A stretch of 64,000 bases of DNA, from the IMG/VR virus record IMGVR_UViG_3300020042_003594. One strand, given 5' to 3'. Below are positions 10,482-18,624 of this stretch, one piece after another. The notes under the pieces are model-generated. The model was not told the origin of the DNA and ran no database searches. It was given only the letters and a program-made list of their open reading frames with translations. Position 1 is the first letter of the stretch. Each line of letters begins with the position of its first letter. This DNA is from an uncultured virus (IMG/VR IMGVR_UViG_3300020042_003594). Its lineage: Duplodnaviria > Heunggongvirae > Uroviricota > Caudoviricetes. Position numbers and translations under genes: made by a program.

Positions 10482-10595
10482 TGTTAACCTTTCTTGGTTA
10501 TCTATCAATCATTCAATCAAAGTCAACAATGACTTGTTATATATCTTCTGGTCGTCCACCCGCCAGTCGCCCCGAGCTAAGACACAAGGGACTAA

Positions 10596-10736
10596 TTACT
10601 GTCCTCGGATTGGTAGCGTACGACCGCTTTTATCACCAATCTTTTCTTTTGGATTCACTTGTTTAACAGGAGCAGAAGGTTTAATAAACTTCTTGATATC
10701 CTGTGTCTCTTTTTTATCATTATAAAATACTGTCAT
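10596..10736 (-). CDS. Small basic hypothetical protein (46 aa)
   Basis: Manual translation MTVFYNDKKETQDIKKF...LPIRGQ. Tightly packed after the upstream gene. Confidence 0.5.
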   Translation of the reverse strand: MTVFYNDKKETQDIKKFIKPSAPVKQVNPKEKIGDKSGRTLPIRGQ

Positions 10737-10737
10737 A

Positions 10738-11001
10738 TTACCACTTTACTTTATTAGCCCAATACGCCGCTGAGAGAGGCCCACGGGCAATATCTTTTGC
10801 CATTCTAGCTTTAAAGGCATCACTCCGCTTAGATCCATCAGGGCTACCCTCAGTGCCTTGTTGACCAAAGCGAATAGTCTTGATAGTGTCTCCACTCTTA
10901 GCAACAACAACATGACTCTTTGTAGGATGACTGGGTGTCTTTTTAGGTTTATTAAAACCAGAAACACCAGCTCTCTCTAGTCTGGGATCTTTATCAGCCA
11001 T
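10738..11001 (-). CDS. Small basic conserved phage protein
   Basis: KTIRFGQQG...FKAR...SAAYWANKVKW, a recurrent small phage protein found near terminases. Confidence 0.75.
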   Translation of the reverse strand: MADKDPRLERAGVSGFNKPKKTPSHPTKSHVVVAKSGDTIKTIRFGQQGTEGSPDGSKRSDAFKARMAKDIARGPLSAAYWANKVKW

Positions 11002-11003
11002 AA

Positions 11004-11156
11004 TTATTTCTTCTTAGCAGTCTTAGCAGAATCTTTAAAGGCTGCATTAGTTGGAGCACCTTTAGCTCCGGGCTTCTTCATTTTCTCTCCGGAGCCTTCA
11101 GCAATCCGTTTCCTTTTAGCATGAATATTATCATACAATCCTGTTTTAGTAGCCAT
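11004..11156 (-). CDS. Small basic phage protein (50 aa)
   Basis: Manual translation MATKTGLYDNIHAKRKRIAEGSGEKMKKPGAKGAPT...AKTAKKK, with AGGA RBS. Confidence 0.7.
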   Translation of the reverse strand: MATKTGLYDNIHAKRKRIAEGSGEKMKKPGAKGAPTNAAFKDSAKTAKKK

Positions 11157-11172
11157 ATAATATCTTCCTGTA

Positions 11173-12816
11173 TTAAAGCCAAGTACTCTCTACTTGTTGG
11201 AATGACCCCTGCTTTTGTGCAAAGGTTACATTATTCGTTGTTAGTCTGTCACCGTGTGTTCTTATAACTTCAAGAGCAATCGCAAGCGCGATAACTGTGT
11301 CATCGTTGTGTCCCACAATAGCGTTAGTTTTTCCTGTATCATCTGCAACATAATTCATTAACTCCCCAATAATAATTCTGGAAGGGATCCAAACGTCATC
11401 CTGCTCGATAGCATTCTTTAAGAAACCAATAATAGCGGGTTTAGATGCTGAAGTAGTTCTCCAGCCAATCCTGTTACCTTCTTCCTTAGATACATTAGAC
11501 ATCTTTGTTTGATAGTACATGTTAACATACTTCATCTGAGTGAGTCTGTTTAATGTAGCTATACCCATAGAGTTTGACTCTACTGCTAACAAAGCATTGT
11601 TATAGTACCTGCCTAAGTAAAAGAGTAAGTCACCAAACTGGGAAGGATCAATAGTGTTATTTCTGTATACAGCGCATACTTGTCTTGAGGCATTCATAAT
11701 TACAGCAGAAGAATAGTCTTTACCTACTCCTAAAGCTACGTCAGCACCTATAACAAAAGAGTCTTCAAAGGTAGGATACTTAAATATCTCTATAGAGCCT
11801 CTCTGAACATCCTCCATCATGGAAGACTCAAAGTTAAACTCTCTTTTAGCTAATATAGGTTGTGGTATTAATTGACTCAGTTTTTCTAAGTTAAATACAT
11901 TAGAGCCAGAAATAATGAAGGCTTCTTCAGGGGTACAGGGATACTCCTGACGGAACTTATCTACACCACCCTCAGCAATCTTAAGTCTTCTCCAGTATAA
12001 CTGTTCATCATCTAAACTAAATCTGGTTACTAAGATTTCTTCTTCTGGAGATCTTTCAAAGATTGTACCTAAAGATACCTTTCTCCGGTATTCTTTCATT
12101 AAGAACCATGGTACGAAAATAGGTAAGTATTCATTCTCACCATTAACAGCACCCATCCATAATCGGTGCATGGCATTCCCCACACCATTAGCAGTACTCT
12201 CTAAAATAACCTCAGTACCATCGGCCTGAGAGATACCCTGAAATAAACCTGCTAAGATCTTTTCATCATGAGTCCAAAATCCAACCTCGGATAAATGTGC
12301 AATAGTGGGAGTCGTTCCTCTACCAGCCTCTGGAGCACCAGCAGTATATAGTCTGTATCCTGAGTCATTATGTTCAAACATAATCTCTTTGGCATTTGAC
12401 TTCTTAAACTTAGGTCTGAAACTATCAGTCATGTTATCAATAATATTTCTGCTCATTGAAAACAAAGCATCCGATGTAGCAGCATCATGAGCCATAACAA
12501 CAGACTTGTTATAGGCATTATAGTATGACTTCCAGAATACTCTGGCTGTGGTATATGTTGAGAGACCCATCTGTCGGGCTTTCAAAATAATAACCCTTAC
12601 TTTACCTGTCTCTCTTAATTGTTTCTCAATAGCTTCATTAACAATAGTTTGAGCATCATTAAACTCAAAAGGCTTGAATCCTTGAGATGAATCTTTAGGA
12701 AGTATCTTAATCTGTTCTTTGGCAAACAACTCAAAGTTATTTTTATACTCTGAGTTCTTTTGCCTCTTTTGAAGCTCCCTGAGAGCGTCTACTTTTTGTT
12801 TGTTAGTTGTGGTCAT
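11173..12816 (-). CDS. terL: Terminase large subunit
   Basis: Walker A ILKARQMGLST, HLSE, ESTANG coupling motif, nuclease IGADVA..G.DYS and GHNDDTV. Confidence 0.95.
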   Translation of the reverse strand: MTTTNKQKVDALRELQKRQKNSEYKNNFELFAKEQIKILPKDSSQGFKPFEFNDAQTIVNEAIEKQLRETGKVRVIILKARQMGLSTYTTARVFWKSYYNAYNKSVVMAHDAATSDALFSMSRNIIDNMTDSFRPKFKKSNAKEIMFEHNDSGYRLYTAGAPEAGRGTTPTIAHLSEVGFWTHDEKILAGLFQGISQADGTEVILESTANGVGNAMHRLWMGAVNGENEYLPIFVPWFLMKEYRRKVSLGTIFERSPEEEILVTRFSLDDEQLYWRRLKIAEGGVDKFRQEYPCTPEEAFIISGSNVFNLEKLSQLIPQPILAKREFNFESSMMEDVQRGSIEIFKYPTFEDSFVIGADVALGVGKDYSSAVIMNASRQVCAVYRNNTIDPSQFGDLLFYLGRYYNNALLAVESNSMGIATLNRLTQMKYVNMYYQTKMSNVSKEEGNRIGWRTTSASKPAIIGFLKNAIEQDDVWIPSRIIIGELMNYVADDTGKTNAIVGHNDDTVIALAIALEVIRTHGDRLTTNNVTFAQKQGSFQQVESTWL

Positions 12817-12893
12817 TCGTTATGGGACAGTATGTTCCATCCTGTTGTGTCTTAGCACGATATTATTATTTTAATAACGCGTTGGTTTTTTGT

Positions 12894-12906
12894 CTATTAG
12901 GAACCG
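12894..12906 (-). promoter_or_regulatory. Putative phage RNAP promoter (CGGTTCCTAATAG) upstream of terL
   Basis: One of 7 intergenic copies, oriented with the downstream operon. Confidence 0.7.
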
Positions 12907-12916
12907 ACTAATTCTC

Positions 12917-13125
12917 GTGGTAAATAGTATAAGGGTATACTTTGGATTACTTTTATTTGTAGAATATATTGGGATAATTTTTGGGAAAAAGGTTTTTGGG
13001 AAATAGTTTTGAGGGTACCCCTAGTTGCTTTATAGGGAAAAGGTTTAGGGAATTTTTTTATAGAGAGTTTTGTTAGGGTGCGTGTGTCTTTGTGTGTAAA
13101 AGAATCAGGGTGTTTGTTTGGGTTC
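12917..13125. other. Non-coding divergence region with periodic GGG tracts; probable genome terminus or packaging region
   Basis: Strand switch point. C-poor, with repeated TTTGGGAAA/TAGGGAA units and a central GGGTACCC palindrome. Confidence 0.5.
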
Positions 13126-13224
13126 GCTTGCCTCTGTGCTGTGTTCCCCCCTCTTTCCCTCTGGTCGTTGCTGCGTGGCGCTGCTGCTTCGTCCTTTCTT
13201 TGTCTGCGCTGCTTGGAGTCTGTT

Positions 13225-13542
13225 ATGGTTTCTTCTTCTGTTGTTGTGTCGGTTGAGGTGTGCTCGTACTCTGCTGGCTTTGGTGAGACTGTTCGTTTGT
13301 TGTCTCGTTTGTCAGCGACTCCTGTTTCTGTGGGGGTGTGTCCTTACACTGCTGTTGCTTCCGTTAGTGCAGAGCTTTATCGTGCTGCTGTTCCTGTGTG
13401 GCCTGCTATTCGTTCTCTTGCGTGGAGCGATGGTAGTTCTTCGGGAGACGCTGCCGATGTGTTTGTTGCTCGTCTTGACATTAAAACCGGCAGTGCTCGT
13501 TACTTTGCGCTTGGTGCGTTGCTTGAGTCTGTTGGTATTTAA
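13225..13542 (+). CDS. First early gene, adenine-depleted hypothetical protein (105 aa)
   Basis: GGAG RBS at 13215 before ATG. About 10% A by manual count. Confidence 0.6.
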   Translation: MVSSSVVVSVEVCSYSAGFGETVRLLSRLSATPVSVGVCPYTAVASVSAELYRAAVPVWPAIRSLAWSDGSSSGDAADVFVARLDIKTGSARYFALGALLESVGI

Positions 13543-13614
13543 GATCTCTGCCTGAAGGCTTTGGCCTTTGGAGAGCGTTCTTGCTCTGTTACGACATAAC
13601 TCAAGGAGATTACT

Positions 13615-13839
13615 ATGTCTAAGGTCTTTCACATTATAGTAGCATTACTCACATATCAAACAGGTATGTGGCTGTTGAACATCCATGAAGCAGGTAACGG
13701 TGGTTACTTTCACTTTGCTGCTACTATCTTAGTTGGTATGATCTTCTGTGCTCAGATCCATGTCTTAATTGATGAAGCATCTGAGATTGTTAACCTTGAT
13801 AAAGACTCTGAGATTATTGACTTAAACAAGAAAGACTAA
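13615..13839 (+). CDS. Early membrane protein (2 hydrophobic segments)
   Basis: AAGGAG RBS and two hydrophobic stretches. Confidence 0.65.
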   Translation: MSKVFHIIVALLTYQTGMWLLNIHEAGNGGYFHFAATILVGMIFCAQIHVLIDEASEIVNLDKDSEIIDLNKKD

Positions 13840-13841
13840 TC

Positions 13842-13949
13842 ATGTATTACATTTACTTGCGTTCTACTGGTTCATTAATCCTTAAGACATCATTGAAGTC
13901 AGTGTTACCTGTCTATGATCCTAAAGTATTTGAAGTAGTTATTTACTGA
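13842..13949 (+). CDS. Small early protein (35 aa)
   Basis: Manual translation MYYIYLRSTGSLILKTS...VVIY. Fills the gap exactly. Confidence 0.45.
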   Translation: MYYIYLRSTGSLILKTSLKSVLPVYDPKVFEVVIY

Positions 13950-13968
13950 TCACACCCATTCTCTGGGT

Positions 13969-14000
13969 TACAGAGAGACCTCTTGGGGTAAGTACCAAGA
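13969..14000 (+). repeat. 32-nt direct repeat, copy 1 (double-hairpin element)
   Basis: TACAGAGAGACCTCTTGGGGTAAGTACCAAGA, identical at 14382-14413. Confidence 0.9.
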
Positions 14001-14031
14001 AAACATCAACGTTCTTAACTAAGGAAATATC

Positions 14032-14361
14032 ATGGCAAAAGTCTTCACACCATCGTTTAAAGTTGCTACACCAGTAGTCACTAAGTTCTCTACAAACAAT
14101 CCATTCGGGGAAGATCGTAAGAGTCTGCCTGTAACTATCATTGAGTTAACCTTCAATGAAAATACTCGTAGTATCCAAGCTACAGGCTCTGACATGCGTA
14201 TGCGTCAATGCCGTATTGATCGTATGACTGATCAGAAAATGGTAGTAGCATTGACTAAACAACTGCAAAATGCCTACGATGACGGTACTAAGGTATGCTT
14301 TGTTGCAGCTGGTGCTAACGATCCTAATGTGTGGTTCTACACTGTCCTTGATCAGGCATAA
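14032..14361 (+). CDS. Early hypothetical protein
   Basis: 109 aa with TAAGGA RBS. Confidence 0.75.
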   Translation: MAKVFTPSFKVATPVVTKFSTNNPFGEDRKSLPVTIIELTFNENTRSIQATGSDMRMRQCRIDRMTDQKMVVALTKQLQNAYDDGTKVCFVAAGANDPNVWFYTVLDQA

Positions 14362-14381
14362 TTAAAGACCTTTCTCAGGTA

Positions 14382-14413
14382 TACAGAGAGACCTCTTGGG
14401 GTAAGTACCAAGA
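14382..14413 (+). repeat. 32-nt direct repeat, copy 2 (double-hairpin element)
   Basis: Identical to 13969-14000 and intergenic. Confidence 0.9.
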
Positions 14414-14467
14414 TAATCATAGGAATAGCGTTAGCTATTGCTACCTCTATATTAACAAGGAAATACT

Positions 14468-14716
14468 ATGACTACCTACCTACTACTTAACCCAATGACG
14501 CCCGATATGTTCGGATTAACCGAATACAAAGATGTAGAAGATGCCTTAGATGAGTTTGCCTGTGGATATCTCTACAGTAAAGACATACTAGGTAACGACA
14601 TCATGTTTGCAACAGCAAAATCACTGAAAACCATGACAAATATGGTAACAACAGTAGAGATTCCCGGCATAGTTATCGAGTATACAGCAGTTTATGATCA
14701 ATTTGTGGAGGCATAA
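14468..14716 (+). CDS. Early hypothetical protein
   Basis: 82 aa with AAGGA RBS. Confidence 0.7.
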   Translation: MTTYLLLNPMTPDMFGLTEYKDVEDALDEFACGYLYSKDILGNDIMFATAKSLKTMTNMVTTVEIPGIVIEYTAVYDQFVEA

Positions 14717-14724
14717 GACATATT

Positions 14725-14979
14725 ATGACAAACGACAAAGCAAATGAAATAGCAACTATCATTAAAGAGCTAATCTACTGCATGATTATTGAAGAAAGTG
14801 AACGATATTCACTAACAGTAAGAATATCAGCAGCAAAAGACATAACTGATAGCTACAAAGATCTGGTTAAGGCCTTAGAAACTGTACAATGCAATAAACC
14901 TATTGCAGCCTTACTAGGAAAACATGCATTAAAGGGCATAACAACACAAAAGGATAGCCAAGGTATCAACTATATGTAA
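14725..14979 (+). CDS. Early hypothetical protein
   Basis: 84 aa with GGAGG upstream. Confidence 0.6.
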   Translation: MTNDKANEIATIIKELIYCMIIEESERYSLTVRISAAKDITDSYKDLVKALETVQCNKPIAALLGKHALKGITTQKDSQGINYM

Positions 14980-15132
14980 ATGGTGTCTCCTAGAGGTTCT
15001 CTTAATAACGTTTATTATAAGAGAATCTCTTCTGGTAAAGCTCTCTGAATGACATATATAGCGAGATGTCAGCGAATATATGTTGTTTGGAGGGTTTTTG
15101 TGTGTGTATTGAAAGTTAAACAAAGGAGTAAT

Positions 15133-15408
15133 ATGAAAGTAATCATTAACAGCTGTTACGGCGGCTACGGCATCTCAGAAACAGCCCTCCAAAGATACAA
15201 CGCCACAACTCTTAATCCAGTAACCCATGAGTATGACATATCTAGAACTGATCCTATCCTAATAAAAATAATCGAAGAGCTAGGCGATGAAGCAAATAGT
15301 CAATACTCCAAACTAAGAATCGTAGAAATCCCTGATAACACTGATTATACTATCGAAAACTACGATGGATTAGAGCATATCGCAGAAGTCCACAAAACAT
15401 GGTACTAA
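15133..15408 (+). CDS. Conserved phage protein (INxCYGGxG family)
   Basis: MKVIINSCYGGYGISE...R.DP.L..IIEELG...YDGLE, with AAAGGAG RBS. Confidence 0.8.
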   Translation: MKVIINSCYGGYGISETALQRYNATTLNPVTHEYDISRTDPILIKIIEELGDEANSQYSKLRIVEIPDNTDYTIENYDGLEHIAEVHKTWY

Positions 15409-15412
15409 TTAA

Positions 15413-15700
15413 ATGAAACATCATCACTACGACCTAATCATAGACTGGGCTAATGACCCAACCCAAACTGTGCAATTAAGAGATAAAAGGAGTAATACTG
15501 ATTGGACTGACGTATCACAACCGACATGGGTGCCTTACTTCGAATACCGTATTAAACCTAAAACAACCGTCCGATATGTAGGTATTCGATCAAACACTTC
15601 TCTTGTAGCTCAAAGCGATCTAAGAAACAGAAATGACAATCTACGACTCACCTACGATACCTTCACCGATGAACTAATCTCCGCAGAAATCATCAACTAG
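15413..15700 (+). CDS. Hypothetical protein (YRIKP family), paralogue of 16280..16582
   Basis: H.H..LI...P.W....YRIKP...NLRL...LI.AE.I. Confidence 0.75.
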   Translation: MKHHHYDLIIDWANDPTQTVQLRDKRSNTDWTDVSQPTWVPYFEYRIKPKTTVRYVGIRSNTSLVAQSDLRNRNDNLRLTYDTFTDELISAEIIN

Positions 15701-15712
15701 AAAGCCACACCT

Positions 15713-15931
15713 ATGATAGTATCCAAATACACTGCCTTATTCACACCAATCACACTAAATGTCACATTCGAATCAACCAAAGAATATGACCTGTTCTACT
15801 CCATGATGGTTATGAATGTAACTGTACCAAGTGTATGTATATTCAATGAGAATGATGAAGAAGAAACCTCAGACAGAAAAACTCTCTCAGACCTAATGGC
15901 TAAAGTATCTCAATCACTAAGGACTAAATAA
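15713..15931 (+). CDS. Hypothetical protein, paralogue of 15931..16131
   Basis: PITLNVTFES..E..LF..M. Confidence 0.65.
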   Translation: MIVSKYTALFTPITLNVTFESTKEYDLFYSMMVMNVTVPSVCIFNENDEEETSDRKTLSDLMAKVSQSLRTK

Positions 15932-16131
15932 TGAAACTATCCTATTCAAAACCAGTCTCACCTATCATTCTTACACTATCTTTTGAGACAGAAGAAGAAG
16001 CCTACCTGTTCGGTCAAATGGCTTCTTACTCATTGACTATACCATCAGTAATGGCTCTTGAACCTGTTGAGTCTATCAAACTAAGGAACATGCTTCAACA
16101 AATCTTTGAAGAGCTTACTGAAGTAGACTGA
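15931..16131 (+). CDS. Hypothetical protein, paralogue of 15713..15931
   Basis: PIILTLSFET..E..LF..M, with TAATG coupling to the upstream gene. Confidence 0.65.
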   Translation: MKLSYSKPVSPIILTLSFETEEEAYLFGQMASYSLTIPSVMALEPVESIKLRNMLQQIFEELTEVD

Positions 16132-16165
16132 AAAGCCAACGCGTCTCATAAATACCGTTTTTAGC

Positions 16166-16178
16166 CGGTACCTAATAG
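16166..16178 (+). promoter_or_regulatory. Putative phage RNAP promoter (CGGTACCTAATAG)
   Basis: Consensus copy, intergenic. Confidence 0.75.
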
Positions 16179-16215
16179 AAAATTCTCTCTCCGGTGGATG
16201 TTATATAGATAATAT

Positions 16216-16277
16216 TTATTAAGAGAGTATTAACTAAGAGAGTATTAATCAAGATTATTTAACTAAGAGAAAGTTAT
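16216..16277 (+). repeat. AT-rich ~15-nt tandem repeats (TAACTAAGAGAGTAT, about 4 copies)
   Basis: ttattaagagagtat / taactaagagagtat / taatcaagattatt / taactaagagaaagttat. Confidence 0.7.
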
Positions 16278-16279
16278 TC

Positions 16280-16582
16280 ATGTTACATCCTCATCATGAA
16301 ATTATCATAGAGTATCTAGAAGGTAAAGTTATTGAGGTATATGTCTCCGATGAAGATAGATGGGAAGAGCTAGGTACAGTTAGTTCTTCTCTCTTTATGC
16401 CTTTATTCCACAGAGATATTCTTTATAGGGTTAAACCAAAGAGTGTCACTAAAGTAAGCGTATTAAAGATCAGTTATGGAGAAGAAGATAATGAACATTA
16501 CATATGGAGTACCTCTCAGATGCCTAATCTCAGGTTATACTGGTTAGATAATAAACTTATTAATGCTGAGGTTATTGTATGA
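16280..16582 (+). CDS. Hypothetical protein (YRVKP family)
   Basis: Paralogue of 15413..15700. Confidence 0.7.
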   Translation: MLHPHHEIIIEYLEGKVIEVYVSDEDRWEELGTVSSSLFMPLFHRDILYRVKPKSVTKVSVLKISYGEEDNEHYIWSTSQMPNLRLYWLDNKLINAEVIV

Positions 16583-16751
16583 CTAATACTGCTAAAGAAG
16601 TATATGATGAACTAATCAAGAAAGCTAAAGATAGTGTTAAAGCTAAAGAGAGAGTTGTTTATGATCCTAACAGTGGGATACAAAAGACCTTTCTTGATGG
16701 TAAACTTATTCATGTAAGAACATTCACTCCTAACTCTAAAAGGTTTTAATT

Positions 16752-17102
16752 ATGTCATACACTATGCAGGAAGCTTTTAGTATTGTTGAGTCTCATCTAT
16801 TAACTCAAGAACAACCTTCAATAGAGGAAGGTCAATGTAAGTACCACTACAACGGTCTTAAGTGTGCTGTAGGTTGTTTAATCTCTGAAGAAGACTATAC
16901 TCCTATACTAGAGGGAGTATGTGTAGCTAATCTACCAGAATCATTACTAGAGAAGATTATTGGCAGAGATTGGGAGACATTAGATATGCTCAGTGAATTA
17001 CAAGATACTCATGATTGTGTAAGTGTAAGTAACTGGAAAGATAGTCTAGATTACATAGCATCTAAGTATAAACTTAAAACCAGCAATATTCAACTTAACT
17101 AA
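16752..17102 (+). CDS. Conserved phage protein
   Basis: C.Y....KCAVGCLI...LQ..HD motif. Confidence 0.75.
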   Translation: MSYTMQEAFSIVESHLLTQEQPSIEEGQCKYHYNGLKCAVGCLISEEDYTPILEGVCVANLPESLLEKIIGRDWETLDMLSELQDTHDCVSVSNWKDSLDYIASKYKLKTSNIQLN

Positions 17103-17112
17103 GGAAAATAAC

Positions 17113-17577
17113 ATGGGCTTAGATATGTACTTGTCAGCAAAACAATATCTGTCAAAATATTCCAATGCTGCAGATTCTGAAAAGATTGCCAAAATTAATG
17201 AAATATTTAATATAAAAACTGAAGAAGATAACGAGTATGGTGTAAAAGAAGTTAGTTTCAGAGTTGCCTACTGGCGTAAAGCCAATGCAATCCATCAATG
17301 GTTCGTTGATAATGTTCAAGATGGTGTTGATGAATGCCAAGAATCATATGTACCTCGTGAAAAACTTCAAGAACTAATAAAACTATGTGAAAGGATTATT
17401 GCTGATCCTAAATCCAGTAAAGACCTTTTACCAACTCAAAATGGTTTCTTCTTTGGTTCAAATCAATACGATGAATGGTACATCAATTACATAAACTACA
17501 CTGCTAAAGAATTAAATAAAGCCTTAAAAGATCCCGCATTTACTGAAGCAGAATTCTACTATCAAGCAAGCTGGTAA
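17113..17577 (+). CDS. Conserved phage protein (MGLDMY / YWRKANAIH family)
   Basis: MGLDMYL, YWRKANAIHQWF, LPT..GFFFG, Y.ASW. Confidence 0.85.
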   Translation: MGLDMYLSAKQYLSKYSNAADSEKIAKINEIFNIKTEEDNEYGVKEVSFRVAYWRKANAIHQWFVDNVQDGVDECQESYVPREKLQELIKLCERIIADPKSSKDLLPTQNGFFFGSNQYDEWYINYINYTAKELNKALKDPAFTEAEFYYQASW

Positions 17578-17585
17578 TAACTAAC

Positions 17586-17894
17586 ATGTCTGACATACAG
17601 TACATAACTGCATTAATCAAAGACAAACGAGGTAACATCCTCAGCATAGGTAAAAACAACTACATTAAAACACACCCGTATCAAGCTAAATGTGCTAAAG
17701 CTGTAGGTATGCCTGAAAAAATATACCTACATGCCGAAATAGATGCTATCATTAAATGCCATGATATCTCTAAAGCCTACTCGATACATGTATTCAGGCA
17801 AAGTAAATCTAAAGAGTATCTCTATGCTAAACCCTGCCCAGTGTGTCAACAAGCTATCCTTCAAACAAATATCAAGAAAGTACATCATACATGA
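17586..17894 (+). CDS. Cytidine/deoxycytidylate deaminase-like zinc protein
   Basis: HAE...PCPVC deaminase motif. Confidence 0.8.
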   Translation: MSDIQYITALIKDKRGNILSIGKNNYIKTHPYQAKCAKAVGMPEKIYLHAEIDAIIKCHDISKAYSIHVFRQSKSKEYLYAKPCPVCQQAILQTNIKKVHHT

Positions 17895-18202
17895 GTGAAC
17901 TAAAAGACCTTGTAATTAAGCTACATGATAAAATATGTGAGCTTGATGAAAAAGAAGACTATAAATTCTCTGAAAACATTGCTGAAGAATATGAAGGTAA
18001 CATAACACTAAGCGCAGATAAAGGCTATAGTGATAATGTAGATATCCTATGCCACATGCAAAATACAGGTAACGGGTTTATTGCTTTCTTTCCAGCCTAC
18101 AACAAAGCATACCAAGATAACTATATCTGTATGGACTATAGTGAAGCAGAATACCTACGTAAACTGCTAAACTATGAAAATAAAAAGAACCACAAGGTAT
18201 AA
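17891..18202 (+). CDS. Hypothetical protein
   Basis: ATGA overlap with the deaminase gene. Start taken at MSELK. Confidence 0.65.
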   Translation: MSELKDLVIKLHDKICELDEKEDYKFSENIAEEYEGNITLSADKGYSDNVDILCHMQNTGNGFIAFFPAYNKAYQDNYICMDYSEAEYLRKLLNYENKKNHKV

Positions 18203-18214
18203 TCCTTATGGTTC
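18187..18214. terminator. Hairpin between convergent genes
   Basis: GAACCACAAGG-TATAAT-CCTTATGGTTC. Confidence 0.4.
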
Positions 18215-18222
18215 ATTCTATC

Positions 18223-18624
18223 TTATAGACCTTCTTTTTTAAGAATCTCTTTAAGTTCCTCATCAGTCAAATCCTCTACTTTAGAGATATTTGTCTGTTC
18301 CAAACGAGCTAATTTAGCTTGTTCGTATTCAGCTAATTGAGAGGCATACCTTGCAGCATCCTCAAAGTTATCCTGATTCAATGCATTCATCATAGACATA
18401 CGGAGGACATCAGTTGCCTTAATATCCACTAAAGCTAAAACTTTCTTCACTGCGTCAGCACTACAGTTGTATTCTTCTGCCATCTGCTTGATAGCCTCAC
18501 TATCACGCTTTCTTGCAGCAGCAGAACGCAACTGATAATCTCTGGCCATCTCAGGGCTAGTAATAACCTTAAGATTAGCCAAACTATTCGGAGATACTTT
18601 TACGTATCTTTTGTGTATTTTCAT
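18223..18624 (-). CDS. Putative terminase small subunit
   Basis: NSLANLK N-terminal motif and C-terminal DLTDEEL, both common in TerS. GGAG RBS and own promoter motif. The only minus-strand gene in the early arm. Confidence 0.55.
   Translation of the reverse strand: MKIHKRYVKVSPNSLANLKVITSPEMARDYQLRSAAARKRDSEAIKQMAEEYNCSADAVKKVLALVDIKATDVLRMSMMNALNQDNFEDAARYASQLAEYEQAKLARLEQTNISKVEDLTDEELKEILKKEGL

Noticed and set aside
13475..13506. Sigma70 promoter (TTGACA) within the first gene
   Set aside because: No acceptable -10 hexamer at 16-18 nt spacing.
13078..13632. Alternative overlapping ORFs 13078+, 13118+ and 13312-
   Set aside because: A-depletion removes plus-strand stop codons, so open frames are expected. 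Only the ATG at 13225 has an RBS.
13969..14413. CRISPR mini-array
   Set aside because: Only two repeats about 380 nt apart with a gene between them, and no cas genes.
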